From Podospora anserina (Eukaryota), in the NCBI GenBank assembly GCA_017654855.1, contig CM030332.1:6510001-6574000 (forward strand): 64,000 nt of DNA. Direction: 5' to 3'. The position numbers and the translations under genes are program-made. A model generated the notes under the pieces. That model had not been told where the DNA came from and did no database searches. It saw only the letters and a program-made list of their open reading frames with translations. Shown one piece after another: positions 23,601 to 35,867 of the stretch. Each line of letters starts with the position of its first letter. Position 1 is the first letter of the stretch.

Positions 23601-26600
23601 ATTATTCGCCGAAGGGCACGCAGCAAAGAGCTATGCCCGCCTTTCTACCTATGTTGATGGTGGGCTGCAAGATGGCGACAGTTTTCCCCGCGGCATTATT
23701 CCCCGCCAATCAGAACGGCCCCGCTAACAACGACGGATCTTCAGGGTCCTCCTCCATTTTGTTCACAAAAAAAAAAAAGCTGGAAAAGCTGCCGAGGCGT
23801 GTCCAATGAGTGCTTGATCTCGAGCGGCACAGGCACCAGATGCCTCCCACTGTGCCGTTAGCCTTTTTTCAGCTACCTCAACTTTTGGACAACACGAAGG
23901 AAGGCCCACTAGGCTCATTATCAGATCCGGAATCACAGAATCACATTGCATAACACCACCTACCCATGCCCACCGGGACAAGACGGTCTGTTTGAGCTGG
24001 CGAGCCAGCAACCAAGTTCAATGCAGTCTAATGCAGTTGCGTGGAGAAGAGGGTCCCCGTCACTGTGGAGAGGCAGATGTGTTCGCCGACCTCCAACATG
24101 TTCCCCCTCATCCAACCAGAGTATGTACCCTCTTCGTCATGACCTTGCAGCTGAAAAAAAAGAAAAGAAAGAAAAAACCTGGATGCAATAAGGTCCTCGG
24201 CCAACATGACATGATGGCGCCACCTTACGCCGCGAGAATACTGTAAACAGCAAAAAAACCACTCCCAAACAGCACTGGGCAAAAATCACAGGGAAGACTT
24301 GACGTTGATTCAATGCCGGTATATTATGACGTCATTAATGCTTACTTTTGGTCCACTAATGGGGGGCGGCCCCACTTGGGCCGTCAACTAACCAACGGTG
24401 GACTGCACCGTTTTTGAGGGATGACAAAGACTCCACGAAACGCTTTCTCGAGTCATGTCGGGCAGTTCGGTTCGTCCTGTCGTTGTCAACAGTTTGACTT
24501 TAACCACTGTTACCGCTTCAGATAAGCAAATGCGCTTGGAGTTTGATGGACCCGTGGGAACAGTTCCAAATCGAAAATTCCCTCGCTAGCAGGGAGAGAC
24601 TGTCTTAGTGTGCCTGTATCCCAGTATCCCCCTCATTCCGGAGGCCATGTCCCTGCGAGTTTGGCCGGCCCCGCTATTCACATCCAGGGTCCTTGGCTCT
24701 GAGAGTTTTGAAGAATTCAGATGACACTTGGATGCTCTCCACGGGGACACCTTTCACCTCAGCAACAGCTTCTGGTAACGTTGTTCCTGAGAGATTCTGC
24801 ACGCCAAGTTGTCTGTGCATGCTTGACCACAGCAACAACATCCACGGGAGAGTTATCGAAAAGAACGCAGTCGCATCGCAGCGCCCGCTCACGGCTAAAG
24901 CACCAAAAAAGCCAGCAACACATACTTTTTTCTACATGGTCTTTTTACGTCAAAAGAGCCCAACAAACACCACGGTTCCATCACACCGTTGCTTTCTGAT
25001 CCACCGAGGCGCAGCGCCCAGAGTGACCCAGGCAGAATCTGAAACAGCTGATGATCTCACCAGAACCAAGGCCAGCATCATTGCAATTTACCGCACATGC
25101 TGTTAAACACCCGGCAAGGACAGGCCTGCGTGCCATTTTGTTGCATTTCCCGGGGTACGCTGCCACGACATGACTGTGCCTCTTATCCCTACGGCTGAGT
25201 ACTGGAAGGGGATTCGTCCAACTGAGCATATTGGGCTTTGCTAACGACACTGTCGTGATTTTTTTTTTTTCTCCCTCGTCGTCTACACAGTGTATTTTCA
25301 GCCTCTTTTCCGCCGCCACCTCGAGAACCGGTTTTTCAAATTGCCATAGCTGCTGGCTCAAAATCCCATCTTTCGTCTTGTCAATCAATGTCAGCTCAGC
25401 GGATCTGTGCATGAGAGACCCTGAATTTCATATCGTGCAGAACCGACATGACTTTATTCCTGGACTTTAGCACACCGGATATTATTTATCTCGTGTTGAC
25501 AGTTCTGAATCCCGCGTTTACATTTCATGATGCTACCACGATGGTAACTGACTACACTGCTGAGTCCGAGAGGTACCTCGGTACCTACACTCTACACAGT
25601 CCGCTTACCTCGTTTTGCCTTTTTCACCCACGACTTGTACAACCGAACAGTAGACAGGTACAAGATTCGCACTTTTCGTTGCCTGCACCTCTCATTCGAC
25701 GGGCCTCACCCACGTCAAACACACCCGGTCTCCCGTTATGCCCCATTCACACACAACATGCACACCACCGGCACCACCACACCTTACCAAACTCAGCTCC
25801 ATTCTGGGGCGGCAGATGGGCGGTGTCGAGGGTTATCTACCTAATGGAGGTCGGTGTCACGCACGTGTTCACAAAAACTGTGTAGTTCCTCATCCAGCCT
25901 CAGCGCCTCAGGGTAGGAAGTGGCGAACAAACTTGTCCCGTCCTTCCCTCCTGAGCCCAAATGGCCGAATACAACCCCCTCATCATGGTTCCCGTTCAGC
26001 AGTCTGCTGTGTCTACACCTAACGCCTAACGCCGCTGGCTGGCTGGCTGGCTGAGATGCGAGGCTACACTACACTACCTACGCATTGCACTGCTGTACAT
26101 TTACACAAATCCAGACCGCCCCTTTCCCCCCCCTTTTCTGTCGCGACTGCGTAGGCTATGGACGTGGACGGACTGGGCTTGGGATACCTTCCTGTTTGGG
26201 ATTTTTATACAGCAGTGCTGAACCAACCGGACTGGGTGGGCAGACAGGGAGCAGATCAACAGATGGATGGATGTTGAGGAAGGGAAGAAGATGGTCCCCT
26301 TGTCCGGTTGTCAGCTTCAATGCTGCCCCCTTTATGCCATTGCTCGCTGCTGCAGGCGGTAGTCTCGTCGGTAGCCTCGTCGGTAGCATGAAAGTGAGAG
26401 CCGATCATCATCGAGCGATGGTGAAGTGCAACATGGTGTCATTTACCAACAATCATCAAGAGCTTGAGAGAAGGGACTTGACATTGCAAAGGGCTTGTCT
26501 ATCCAATCTTATCTTGCATCGTGGTTAATGAAAGTTTATCTACACTAGTGTAGTAGTGCTAGTATATGAAGAGTGTGCGATTGGGGGCCAGAAAGGATGA

Positions 26601-26712
26601 GAGGGTAGGGGGAACAAAAGGAGGAAAAGATCATCGATCTTACTGCTTTCTGTTGATCAAAGCTGAAACACAGAGATGATCGATCTTTTGCCTATTTGGT
26701 CGACCGCGCGAG

Positions 26713-27348
26713 CTACCCACACCATCTTGGGGGGTTTGCTGGGTATCCGCTGTCAATGGCACGTGGGGACTCGTGACATTTTTTGTTCGGGGAGGGCGAT
26801 ATTGAGGTACGGAGTTGGGGGACGCTGAGAGAACAGGCAGAGGATTCAAGCGAGTCAGGGTAGAGAGACTGGGGACAAGGAGGCGAAGGCCGGAGTATAC
26901 TCCGGCGTTGTTCGCGGAGGCGATCTACTGCCGTTGGGGGTTTTTGGACGGGGCTATCACTTTTCGCTGACATGTACAAACCGAAGCTTGCTTTCGGGGC
27001 CTCGGGGAAGGGAAAACGGGCATAAGCATATCCTCCGAGGGTCGCAGATGATGGGTCAGAAAGGGGGGCGGGAGGCCATGCTCGGTAGAGAGAGCACCGA
27101 CTGCATTTACCAACCGACTTACCGGACCAATGTCTGGTGTGAGGGAACTGTCGAAGGGAATAATCACTGAAGGACCGAAGACCGAAGCTTTCGGTCCTTG
27201 GGTGAGGATAAGGGAGCACCTTGCCTATGTGGGGGACAGATGGAGGGGGGTACCATGGTTGTTGATGACCCCCTTTCATTTCTTTCATTGGCGGCGGCGT
27301 CAAGGGCAAGTCATGTCCTGTCGGCTGTGCCGGGTAGGGAATGTGCAA
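26713..27348 (-). CDS. Possible Pro/Ser-rich hypothetical protein or pseudogene; 5' end unresolved
   Basis: 211-codon stop-free frame (LPLTPPPMKEMKGG...GGYAYARFPFP...) with a donor-like GTATGT at 27378 upstream. No domain recognised. Confidence 0.3.
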   Translation of the reverse strand: MHIPYPAQPTGHDLPLTPPPMKEMKGGHQQPWYPPPSVPHIGKVLPYPHPRTESFGLRSFSDYSLRQFPHTRHWSGKSVGKCSRCSLYRAWPPAPLSDPSSATLGGYAYARFPFPEAPKASFGLYMSAKSDSPVQKPPTAVDRLREQRRSILRPSPPCPQSLYPDSLESSACSLSVPQLRTSISPSPNKKCHESPRAIDSGYPANPPRWCG

Positions 27349-28419
27349 TTGGCATACTTTCCCTTCGGGCCTACATACCTACAGGATCTAGCCTCGCCTG
27401 TGAGTGGTATCCCGGGCTGTGTTTGTTGAAGAATGTGGGTGAAGGTAACGGTTGTAGCGATGGCGTGCGTTGTCAACTTGAGACATGCAATGGTAGGGTC
27501 TTGGGGATGGTGGCTGTGTGGATAAAGGGGATGAATACACATCCACAGCTTCGAGAAGGGGACAAGGAGTAAAGAGGTCGAGGGCCGGGCCGTGAGGTGC
27601 ATGCTGCACTTGGATGCTATCAATGGAGGGTTTTTGAGGTGAAAACTCTGATCGATCAAGGCTGTTTTTCTGCAGGTGGAATGCAGCTACATGGTTATGG
27701 ACACTTACAGAGAGCAAGCCACCGCGCCCGAAGAGGCAGTTACAGGCTACATTTGATGGCTGCTGAGCTTCGGGAAATATACCCGTCGGCCGTTGAGGCC
27801 GTTCGTCTGTTCTTTTCTTTTTTCTTGCTTTCTTCTTTTGGGGAGGTTGTGGCGGTCTTACTTGCCTGCCTGATGTGAGCGGGAGAACAGTGGTATCATA
27901 CGCAAACAGGCCCCGGGAGACACTCGCCCGAAATTCCCGAAGTCAAGAATCCAGTGGCCAGGGACTTGGGAACGGGCCACACAAAGAGACCCAGTAGGGA
28001 GTGAGGGAGCGAGGAAGGGAGCAGATAGGGCTTGTCAGAAATAGGGGCTGGAAATCATGACGGTTGGTTTTGTGTGACTGTTTAACGGTATTGATGTTAG
28101 ATTATGGTTGAGGGATTGGGGCTCAACCCCTGAGACCGGACAGGTACAGTTCCGGATGGCAACATCACGTCGGACCGGGCGGTTGTGGGCTTGGACGGAC
28201 GGGGTGATGCATAAAAGGGGAGAGAGGTTGTGATACAGGGCCACGTGGTGGTGCTGACACCGCAAAGGTGAGGAAAACAACAAGAACATGTTGTAGAAAC
28301 AAGAAGAGCTGAAGATTGAGAGCATGACTAACAGTCTTTCCCGCCAACTCTAGCGAGAGCTGTCCTGAGCGATGAAGCTGTCTTGACCACTGTGTGTATT
28401 TGCCCCTGAATGCCAAGCC

Positions 28420-28444
28420 CACAACACAACACAACACAACACAC
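28420..28444. repeat. (CACAA)n microsatellite
   Basis: cacaacacaacacaacacaacacac. Confidence 0.75.
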
Positions 28445-29912
28445 CTCCCCATGATCTCTTCCCATCAACAAGCTGTTGACGTCGGTGACCAAAAATAACA
28501 TGAACAAATCCCCTGGGTAAATACATTCCAAAAAAAAAAAAAAAGAAAAAAAAAGACGCGTCACACCGTCCCAAAACAGCCACTTTTCTCCCTCGTCTGT
28601 TGTGTAGCCCCGAAGCCCGTTCCCGAGTTCGTAGAAGTAATCCAACAAAACAAAAACACTCCGGCCCGCCTATATCTCGTCCTACAAACAACAGCGCCCT
28701 GGAATGGGAACATTGCACAACATCCGGACTGTACCGAAGTGTACCTAGCAGTAACTATCACTTGTCCTAACACAGTATACCTGATGTCTGTAGTGGTAAA
28801 GTGCTGTATCACAGAGCCCCCGTTTTCCCCATCTCCGTCGCTCGGCCTTAGTGGGTACCTTGTTTGGAGCGAGTCCAAAGAGCCCGATCGTCGTATGTTT
28901 TATGTTTTTGATTGGTGTTCGGTCCAGTAGATAGGTGGCGTCAGCCCTACCCGTAAGCCCCTCCCGTAATGTCTGCCTATTGATCGCTGTTGCTTGTGGA
29001 TGATCGTATGCTTCTGCTGTCACACCTACAACTACCGGAGCTGCCGGCAAGCTCGGGAGTTGGAGTTGAAAGGGAGCGGGATGTGAGTGTGGTCGGCGGA
29101 AATTCACCGAGTCCGAGGTGGACGGACGGGCTGGCTGTGTATTGTCATAATACCTTACTGTTGGAAGACCGCAAAATGGGAAGTGGCGGTGTTAGAATTG
29201 GGGAGGGGACTGCTCTTGAAGAGACAGTGGGGGAAGGAGGTTAAGTGGGATAGATGATGGGAATTTTCGAAGAAGAAATGGTGGAACGTATGCTGTGTGA
29301 CTGCAAATGATATGTGCCTGGGTGCTTATGCTCCGTGGTGGACTGTTTGCTGGTCAGGCAAATGGGCTCAGGTAAAGGGTCCGGCTTGGTGGAAGTGAGC
29401 AATTCTGAGATGGTGCAGTCGGAGAAAGCCAATGAAGCCTGACTGTCGGTAGTGGTAGATGTCTAGTTTAATCAGCAAGTTGGCCTGCTGTGTTGTGCTC
29501 TATCCCGTGGCTTGTTTGTTTATTGATGACAATCGGAGAGGACTCAACCCCTGAATGGATAGCGGCCCATAGCAGCATATGGCCATTCACCTAGGACAGT
29601 TGAAGAGCAGAAGTTTGATAGTAGTCACCTTGATGGACACAACATCAGGCAGTCACGAGACTGTAAACGACCATGACTTCAATCCCAACACATGAACACA
29701 AAACTTGTATCATTACATCTGTAAATACGCCTTCAACACCCACCATAGCCAACAGAAACCCCCATCATCATAATATTTACTTCTTTCCATTTCTTCCACT
29801 CGCTTGCTTTTGTTTCCCTACTCCCATCCTCTAAATATCACATGTCAAGAAAGCAAAGCCAACCACCACCTTCAACTACCAACCCCAACACCACTACCAC
29901 CCCGTCATCCCT

Positions 29913-32900
29913 TTACAAAACAATCGCCAACTCCCCCCTATCAACCCCCTCCTCCGCCAAATTAGGATAATACGGCACCATCGCATCCGCAGCCTGCACA
30001 TACGCATCATTATACAACCTCCAATACGGCGTCCTCACCTTCCTCGCTGGATGGAAAAGCCCAGCCCAAACATAATTCAGCACCAACCCCGGCCCCACCG
30101 CCATCCTCACCGCTTCAATCGCTTCGACAATCCTGTCAATGACGTGCGGGCTCGTCTCAAACAGATTAGGATACAGCAAGTTCAGCAAGTGAACCATGGC
30201 ATCTTCACACCCCAACCCTACCACGCCCAGCGCAATATGCTTGACGACTGAAGCGGCAGTTTGCCGATGGACTTGGTCACGGTCGATGAGGGCATCCTCC
30301 AAGAGGGGTGTAACAGCGTAGACGTAGTCCTTGGCCATTTCGCCGATATACTCAAAGAGGAAAGAGAGCGACTTGAGAACACCGTTCTGGACGTTGAGTT
30401 CCGGCACCCGGTACTCGTTCATCAAGGCGGGGAGGACAGTGAAAGGAGCGCAAGTCTCGGCAACGATACCAATGGCAACGGCGGTATTGACACGTGACTG
30501 ACGCTCCTGCACTCTGAGGTTGTTAAGAAGGGTGGCCAACACATCCTGGGGGCCGATGGCTTTGGCGATGAAGCCGAACGTGTTGTTGGCCGCGCGACGG
30601 ATGCCCTTTTTGTGGGCTTTGAGCATATCCAACAGCTCAAAGCAGATTCTCATCCACTCGCGAGCGTTGACACTTTCCGGTCCGCGGTCGGCGATACGGC
30701 CGACCAGGTCAATGGTATTTTCCTGGACTTTCTCATGTCGGTTGCGCAGGATGGGTGTGAGGCGTGGCAAAAGGTCCTTGATGGGTGGCTGCATTTGGCT
30801 GATGCCCACCACAGTCACAATGGACCTCAGAGCACCAAGGATGGAGCCGAGAACTTCAGGATATTCTTCACCGAGGTATTCGTAAAGAACAACACCGAGC
30901 TTGCCCATCAAAGCGTCTTCGCCGCATTGCTTCATCACCATGGCAATTCTGGAAACAAGATCAGCAGCTTGCTGGCGAACTGTGGCAGACTTGTTGTTGA
31001 GACGCCAGAGAATTGTGCTGACGATCTGGGGGAGGTATGGCTTGCAGCGAGTGCCCAGAGCATTGACCACGGAGCCAAAACCGTTGAGCATGATAATGTC
31101 TTCAACGCTTTGCTCTTGGAAGGCGTGCAGGATACCATCGACAAGTCTCTCTTCCAACCGCTCGCCAATGTCTGCCGCACCCAGAGAGGCCACTATCTTC
31201 TCCACTGTCTCAACAGTCATTTTCCGGTAGGCTTCGCTTTCGTCCTTGAGGTTGACCACGATTCTCTCGAGAATCTCACTGACACCGACCTTTTGGCCGA
31301 TATCGACCGTGGTCTCAACCACTTGACGGTAGTTGCGCTTATCCAAAGCCATGCGCCGTACCCAGAAGCTCTTAAAGAAGTCGTCCAACACATGTTCCTT
31401 GAGATAACCAGCTGTGACACCATCCGTCGCGGCGCACTGAGAGATGACCTTGAGCACGACCTTCTTCATCTCCTCATCTGGCGAGGCAAACTCTCGCAAG
31501 AGAATCTCCATAATCTGACTTGTGTAGTAGTTTGCGTAGTCCTCGTCCATGAGGGGGATGATGTAGCCGACGGCCTTGAGGAACCCCGCCAGGCCCTTGC
31601 CTCGTTGCTTGCGAGCTCCCGTCCACAGGGGATTGAGGATATCATCGAAGCTCTCAATACCATATGGGTTGGAGGCTTCGGCAAGAGCAGCAATGGCCAA
31701 ACTGGTGACTGTCCGTACCTTGGTCTGCTCATCGTTGAGGTTGGGCCCAATGCAGTCTACGAGCTGCTTCAGGTGTGGCAACACTGCACAGCCCATCAAG
31801 ATGGGAATCTGCTGGACAATCTTCACACCGGTATGGCGCGCCTGCCACGACTTCTTGCTGCGGCACACGGCTCCCAAGAATGGCAGCAGGGCCGGAATAC
31901 CCAAGGCCGAGGCCACCACAGCAAACGCTCTGGCAGTTGTGTTTCGTACGTATTCATCTACGTGATCGATATCAGGCCGCATGACACTGATCATGGTCGC
32001 GAGACCAGCGGCTTTGCTGAGGTTAGAAATAATCTCGCGACCTTCGACTCGTGCATAATAGTCCTGGTCAATGAGCAATGGCTCAATGACGACCAAGATC
32101 TTGTGGACATAGGGCCGAACCATATCATCCAGCTTGTAAAGGATACGGTCAATAACCTTGACAAGAAGATGGCGTTCCTGATCCTCAAGGGTCTTCTCCA
32201 TGAGTAGCGGGAGAATCTGGTTGAAGAGGGGTCCGGCACCGAAGTTTCGAGCATTATCTGTAAGCTGCCTGAGTGCAGTCTTCCTCATCGGGGGAGTACC
32301 GTTCTTGACCTTCAACAACAGGCGCATGATCTTCCTCTCCTTCAGCTCTTCGACAGTCAGATCGTCTTCATTGGACCCGTCTGTGAGCTTGCCAAAGTAC
32401 GCCATGTCCTCAGGCTTGAAAAACTGAAGATCACCAACACCGGGGATTTCCCTTGGAACTGCTTGCCCAGAGAGACGTGTGCTCTCAGGATCCTGCATCA
32501 TGAAGCCTGTCTGTGGTGTTGGTGGCACTGCCAGCTTGTGCGTGGGCGCCCGGGTAGGGGCATATCCCGGGGGAGGCTCAAGAATCTTGTATCCCTCGTC
32601 AGGACCAGGAAGCATAGCGTCGAGCTCCTCATCGCTGAGTGGCATGTACCGGCCGGCATCGGGGCCGAACGCAGTGGGGGGCAGAACAGCAGTTTGTGTA
32701 GGGTGCATCGGAGTGGCGAGACCAATGTTTCCAACGGGGGTGGCAGACGGCGCTTGATCCCATCTTGACTTCTTCTTTGCTTCTACTACAGTTCCATCAG
32801 CGCCAAGAACGGGCACAGAAGGTGCCTGATCCCAGCGCGAGCGCTTCTTGGGCTCTGCGGCTGCTGGGGCAGCCTCGGCGTCTGTAGTAGCAACATCCCA

Positions 32901-33587
32901 TCTCTTTTTGCGCTTGCGGCCAGCGGCTGCTGCCTCGGTCGAACCGGCATCACCGTTCTCCTTGTTTCCGGCCTCCTCAATCTGGAGTGTAGGCTTATGT
33001 TCTTCAGTGGGACCGTCCTTCATCTTCTGTTCAATAGCTCGGCGCACGCGCTCCTCCTCACGCTCAATCTCGCGACTCTCCATAATCTCGCGATAGCTCA
33101 TTCCATCCTCAGCAGCGGCAGCCTGGCGATTGGCGGCGAAGGGGTCGGCGCGGGTAGGGGTCAGAACGCGATCAAATCGACGCTTCTGGTAATCGGTCTC
33201 GCGATCTGTGATGCGGTTGCTCTTCTCGCCACGACCGGCGAGAATGTCGTCTTCTTCCACTCCATTTCCACGCGCAAACTCATCTATCTGGGCACGGGTA
33301 GCAGTGTACTGTCCGACGAGGCGGCGCGAGCTATCGGCGTCGGCCATGTCCTCATCGTCGTCGCCATCTTGAGCGGGGAGGGAGGTGTGATAGCCTGCAA
33401 ACTTGTCGGCGCCGTTGGCACTTCGATCGTAGAGGTCGGTATCCCAGGCCTCATTAAGGCTGGCCTTGGTTGACGAGTCAGCACGCTGATTGGCCGGGTC
33501 GAAGGTCTTTGAACCTTTTTTCGCAGCGGCAGCCGCGTTTCGCTCGGCCTGGAGCTTGCGAATCTGATCAAATTCCGCGTCCGACAT
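29913..33587 (-). CDS. SF3B1: U2 snRNP splicing factor 3B subunit 1 (SF3B1/Hsh155/Prp10), intronless
   Basis: ATG at 33587 ([11 protein letters not shown]). ULM motifs [37 protein letters not shown], and the HEAT region with [23 protein letters not shown] and C-terminal [10 protein letters not shown]. Confidence 0.97.
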   Translation of the reverse strand: MSDAEFDQIRKLQAERNAAAAAKKGSKTFDPANQRADSSTKASLNEAWDTDLYDRSANGADKFAGYHTSLPAQDGDDDEDMADADSSRRLVGQYTATRAQIDEFARGNGVEEDDILAGRGEKSNRITDRETDYQKRRFDRVLTPTRADPFAANRQAAAAEDGMSYREIMESREIEREEERVRRAIEQKMKDGPTEEHKPTLQIEEAGNKENGDAGSTEAAAAGRKRKKRWDVATTDAEAAPAAAEPKKRSRWDQAPSVPVLGADGTVVEAKKKSRWDQAPSATPVGNIGLATPMHPTQTAVLPPTAFGPDAGRYMPLSDEELDAMLPGPDEGYKILEPPPGYAPTRAPTHKLAVPPTPQTGFMMQDPESTRLSGQAVPREIPGVGDLQFFKPEDMAYFGKLTDGSNEDDLTVEELKERKIMRLLLKVKNGTPPMRKTALRQLTDNARNFGAGPLFNQILPLLMEKTLEDQERHLLVKVIDRILYKLDDMVRPYVHKILVVIEPLLIDQDYYARVEGREIISNLSKAAGLATMISVMRPDIDHVDEYVRNTTARAFAVVASALGIPALLPFLGAVCRSKKSWQARHTGVKIVQQIPILMGCAVLPHLKQLVDCIGPNLNDEQTKVRTVTSLAIAALAEASNPYGIESFDDILNPLWTGARKQRGKGLAGFLKAVGYIIPLMDEDYANYYTSQIMEILLREFASPDEEMKKVVLKVISQCAATDGVTAGYLKEHVLDDFFKSFWVRRMALDKRNYRQVVETTVDIGQKVGVSEILERIVVNLKDESEAYRKMTVETVEKIVASLGAADIGERLEERLVDGILHAFQEQSVEDIIMLNGFGSVVNALGTRCKPYLPQIVSTILWRLNNKSATVRQQAADLVSRIAMVMKQCGEDALMGKLGVVLYEYLGEEYPEVLGSILGALRSIVTVVGISQMQPPIKDLLPRLTPILRNRHEKVQENTIDLVGRIADRGPESVNAREWMRICFELLDMLKAHKKGIRRAANNTFGFIAKAIGPQDVLATLLNNLRVQERQSRVNTAVAIGIVAETCAPFTVLPALMNEYRVPELNVQNGVLKSLSFLFEYIGEMAKDYVYAVTPLLEDALIDRDQVHRQTAASVVKHIALGVVGLGCEDAMVHLLNLLYPNLFETSPHVIDRIVEAIEAVRMAVGPGLVLNYVWAGLFHPARKVRTPYWRLYNDAYVQAADAMVPYYPNLAEEGVDRGELAIVL

Positions 33588-34088
33588 GGTACTGCTGCCC
33601 ACACGGCACTGTGCTCATCCCATTCGGGTAGGTTGTTGTTGAAGTGAGGAAGTAAGTGACGACGCGATCGGTAGTGGATGGCTCGTTCGTTCTTGGGGCG
33701 ATGGGGAGGGAGTATCGCGATGGTGGTCGTTGTTGGATGGACGTTGAACGTGGGTCAGGACGTGGACGTGGACGTGCGGGTGAGACTGGATCGTGGATGG
33801 AGCAAGCACTTTGCCTTGTTGAAATTTTGGCGGCAACCGCAGCCGCAGGCCAAGAGCGAGCCGCGCTAAGATCTTGGCAGCAGATCGCTGTTACATAAGC
33901 TGGTCTAGGCTCACAACCTCACTTTACTTCACTGGGGCATTGGAGCTCCAATTCATCAGCCGCGACTCGATTTCTTTACAAGTGCTGGGTGCTGTGGCCC
34001 ATTGTGTTACAACTAAACCGATGGAGATTTGTTCGACTTGAATTCTTTTTCTTCTTTTCGTTTTCGTTTCGTTCTCTTCGTACCTACG

Positions 34089-35624
34089 ATGTCATCTTCC
34101 AGTCGCTGCTCGCTTTACGCAGAGCTGCTAGCCAATATCCGCCAAATTTCACTGGTCGCTTCTCTCACATCGCCCAGTGATGCCTCCACCAGAGTTGCTG
34201 TGGCTGCTGACGGAAGCACCATCGAGTTGACACATCATGGCGAGGTTCACAAAATCAGTTTGCCTGCCAAGATACCTCTTGGCAGTACACTCCTTCCCAT
34301 CGATCAGAGGCAAAATGGGACCACGGCTCTGTCATGGCGATTGCCACTTGGTGGCACGGTTCCCCAACCGCATCTCTCTTCTGATACCCCCGCCTGGTCA
34401 GCGACAGACTTCGACGTCGGCGTCCAGGTCGCTTGCAGGAATTGCAATACCGTCGTTGTGGAGGAGGGTACAGTAAAGGTCTGGAAAGACTTGCCAAGTG
34501 AGAACTGGGCCGAGATGATGGAATTCTGGCATTGTCACAAGCCGGATCACCATCCTGAGGATGGACACGAGCACGGGCATTCCCGTGATGAGCACTTTGG
34601 CAAGGCAGATGAAAAGAGCCTGGCTGCTCGAGGCTATGGGGCTTCGTCCATCATCTCAGCTCAACCAGGTGTCGGTTTTGTTGACTTGACAACGATCCTC
34701 TTTACCGAACGCGATTGCCAGAATATCACGGTAAGTTCTTGACATGACAGCATGAGTATGTGTTTGTGTGGGTATGAAGAAGGTAACCCGGCCGGCTTTG
34801 CCTCCCAATGGCGTGGTTACCGATACAAGTGCCCTAGATGAAGCAACTATCGTTCAACCTGTTCAACAGAAACCACTGGATTGTTTACGAACCTCCTTAA
34901 CAGGACGGATTGTTTCTTTCTGGTGGTGAACGAACCTCTGCATTTCACCGGGTGATTCATAAGTCGAGAATATCCCGGGATACCACGAGGGACATGCCAT
35001 TCCCATTCTCGTTTCGTTCATAGCCAGTCGGCCAGTAGCTGACACACATGTATCTAGTACTCAAACTCAGCCTTTGAGCAAGGGTCATTAAATAGACAAG
35101 ATCTGCCATTGACCAACAACCGCAGCTTGAATGTTTTTTGCTCTTCCTGCCACTCTCAACTCGGCTTCTACGTCTTTCGGACAGCAGCTGTCACCCTTCT
35201 GAAGTGGCAGATGTCTTGCAAGTCCGCATCTGGTTCAGCACCAGGCATCACTGAGTGCCTGGCCGCGACTATCATCTCCACCATCTCGCGATCTGCCTCG
35301 TCAAAGTCGCTCATCATGCCCATTAATGAGACAGAATCAGAAGTCAAACAGACGGTGATTTACGCGTGGGTGCTCAACGCTAATATTGTGTACTCATCGA
35401 GTAATGGGGCGTTGGGAAGACCAGCTATCAAGCTGTTGTATCAGAAGATACCGCGAGAGGAAGCGGACAAGATGTTGGAGGCGGTGACGTGTGAGGCGCA
35501 GGAGATCAACCTACCGGCGATCGCTATTGAGAAGGTGGTCGAGCATTTGGATGAGAGTAACTGGTTGTTACCGGAGAAGGAAAGGGTGTTTAGGGAGTGG
35601 AGGGTGGGGTTGTTGACGAGATGA
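34089..35624 (+). CDS. IPA1: HECT_2-domain E2-binding protein (Ipa1/UBE3D-like); exons 34089-34730 and 35058-35624
   Basis: CRNC motif, signature WKDLPSENWAEMMEFWHCHKP and a second CSSC motif. The phase-0 intron 34731..35057 (GTAAGT...GCTGAC...CTAG) joins the two ORF-track pieces in frame. Confidence 0.85.
34770..34905 (+). ncRNA. Intronic box H/ACA guide RNA, snR81-like, predicted to guide U2 snRNA pseudouridine 42 (yeast numbering); 3' end uncertain
   Basis: Lower stem GGGTAT(34770-75)/GTGCCC(34829-34). Pocket GAAGAA/GATACAA. Perfect upper stem GGTAACC(34782-88)/GGTTACC(34815-21). H box AGATGA at 34836-41, 14 nt from the pocket top. Pocket strands complement U2 GUAUC-[U42 G43]-UUCUU. Candidate ACA boxes at 34900 or 34992. 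Confidence 0.75.
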
Positions 35625-35867
35625 TTTGATGGATCATTAGCAAACGAAAAAGAGCGCCCCGTTATACCATTACGCCATGCCACCAGTTGAAAGCTCCTCA
35701 AAACACTCAGCAACTGTATTCCCAGGTGTGCCGCATTGTGTGTCATCCAAATATTATGTAACTACACCCGGACGCTCCTGCGTGTTCTATTCCAAGTTAA
35801 ACGAGCAGGAGAAGTTGCTGAAGATACCATCCTACATCCCGTTGTATCGTACACCACTCCCCCCTCA

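Noticed and set aside
30612-32207. 531-aa plus-strand ORF
   Set aside because: It is antisense to the highly conserved SF3B1 CDS, a codon-bias shadow with no recognisable domain.
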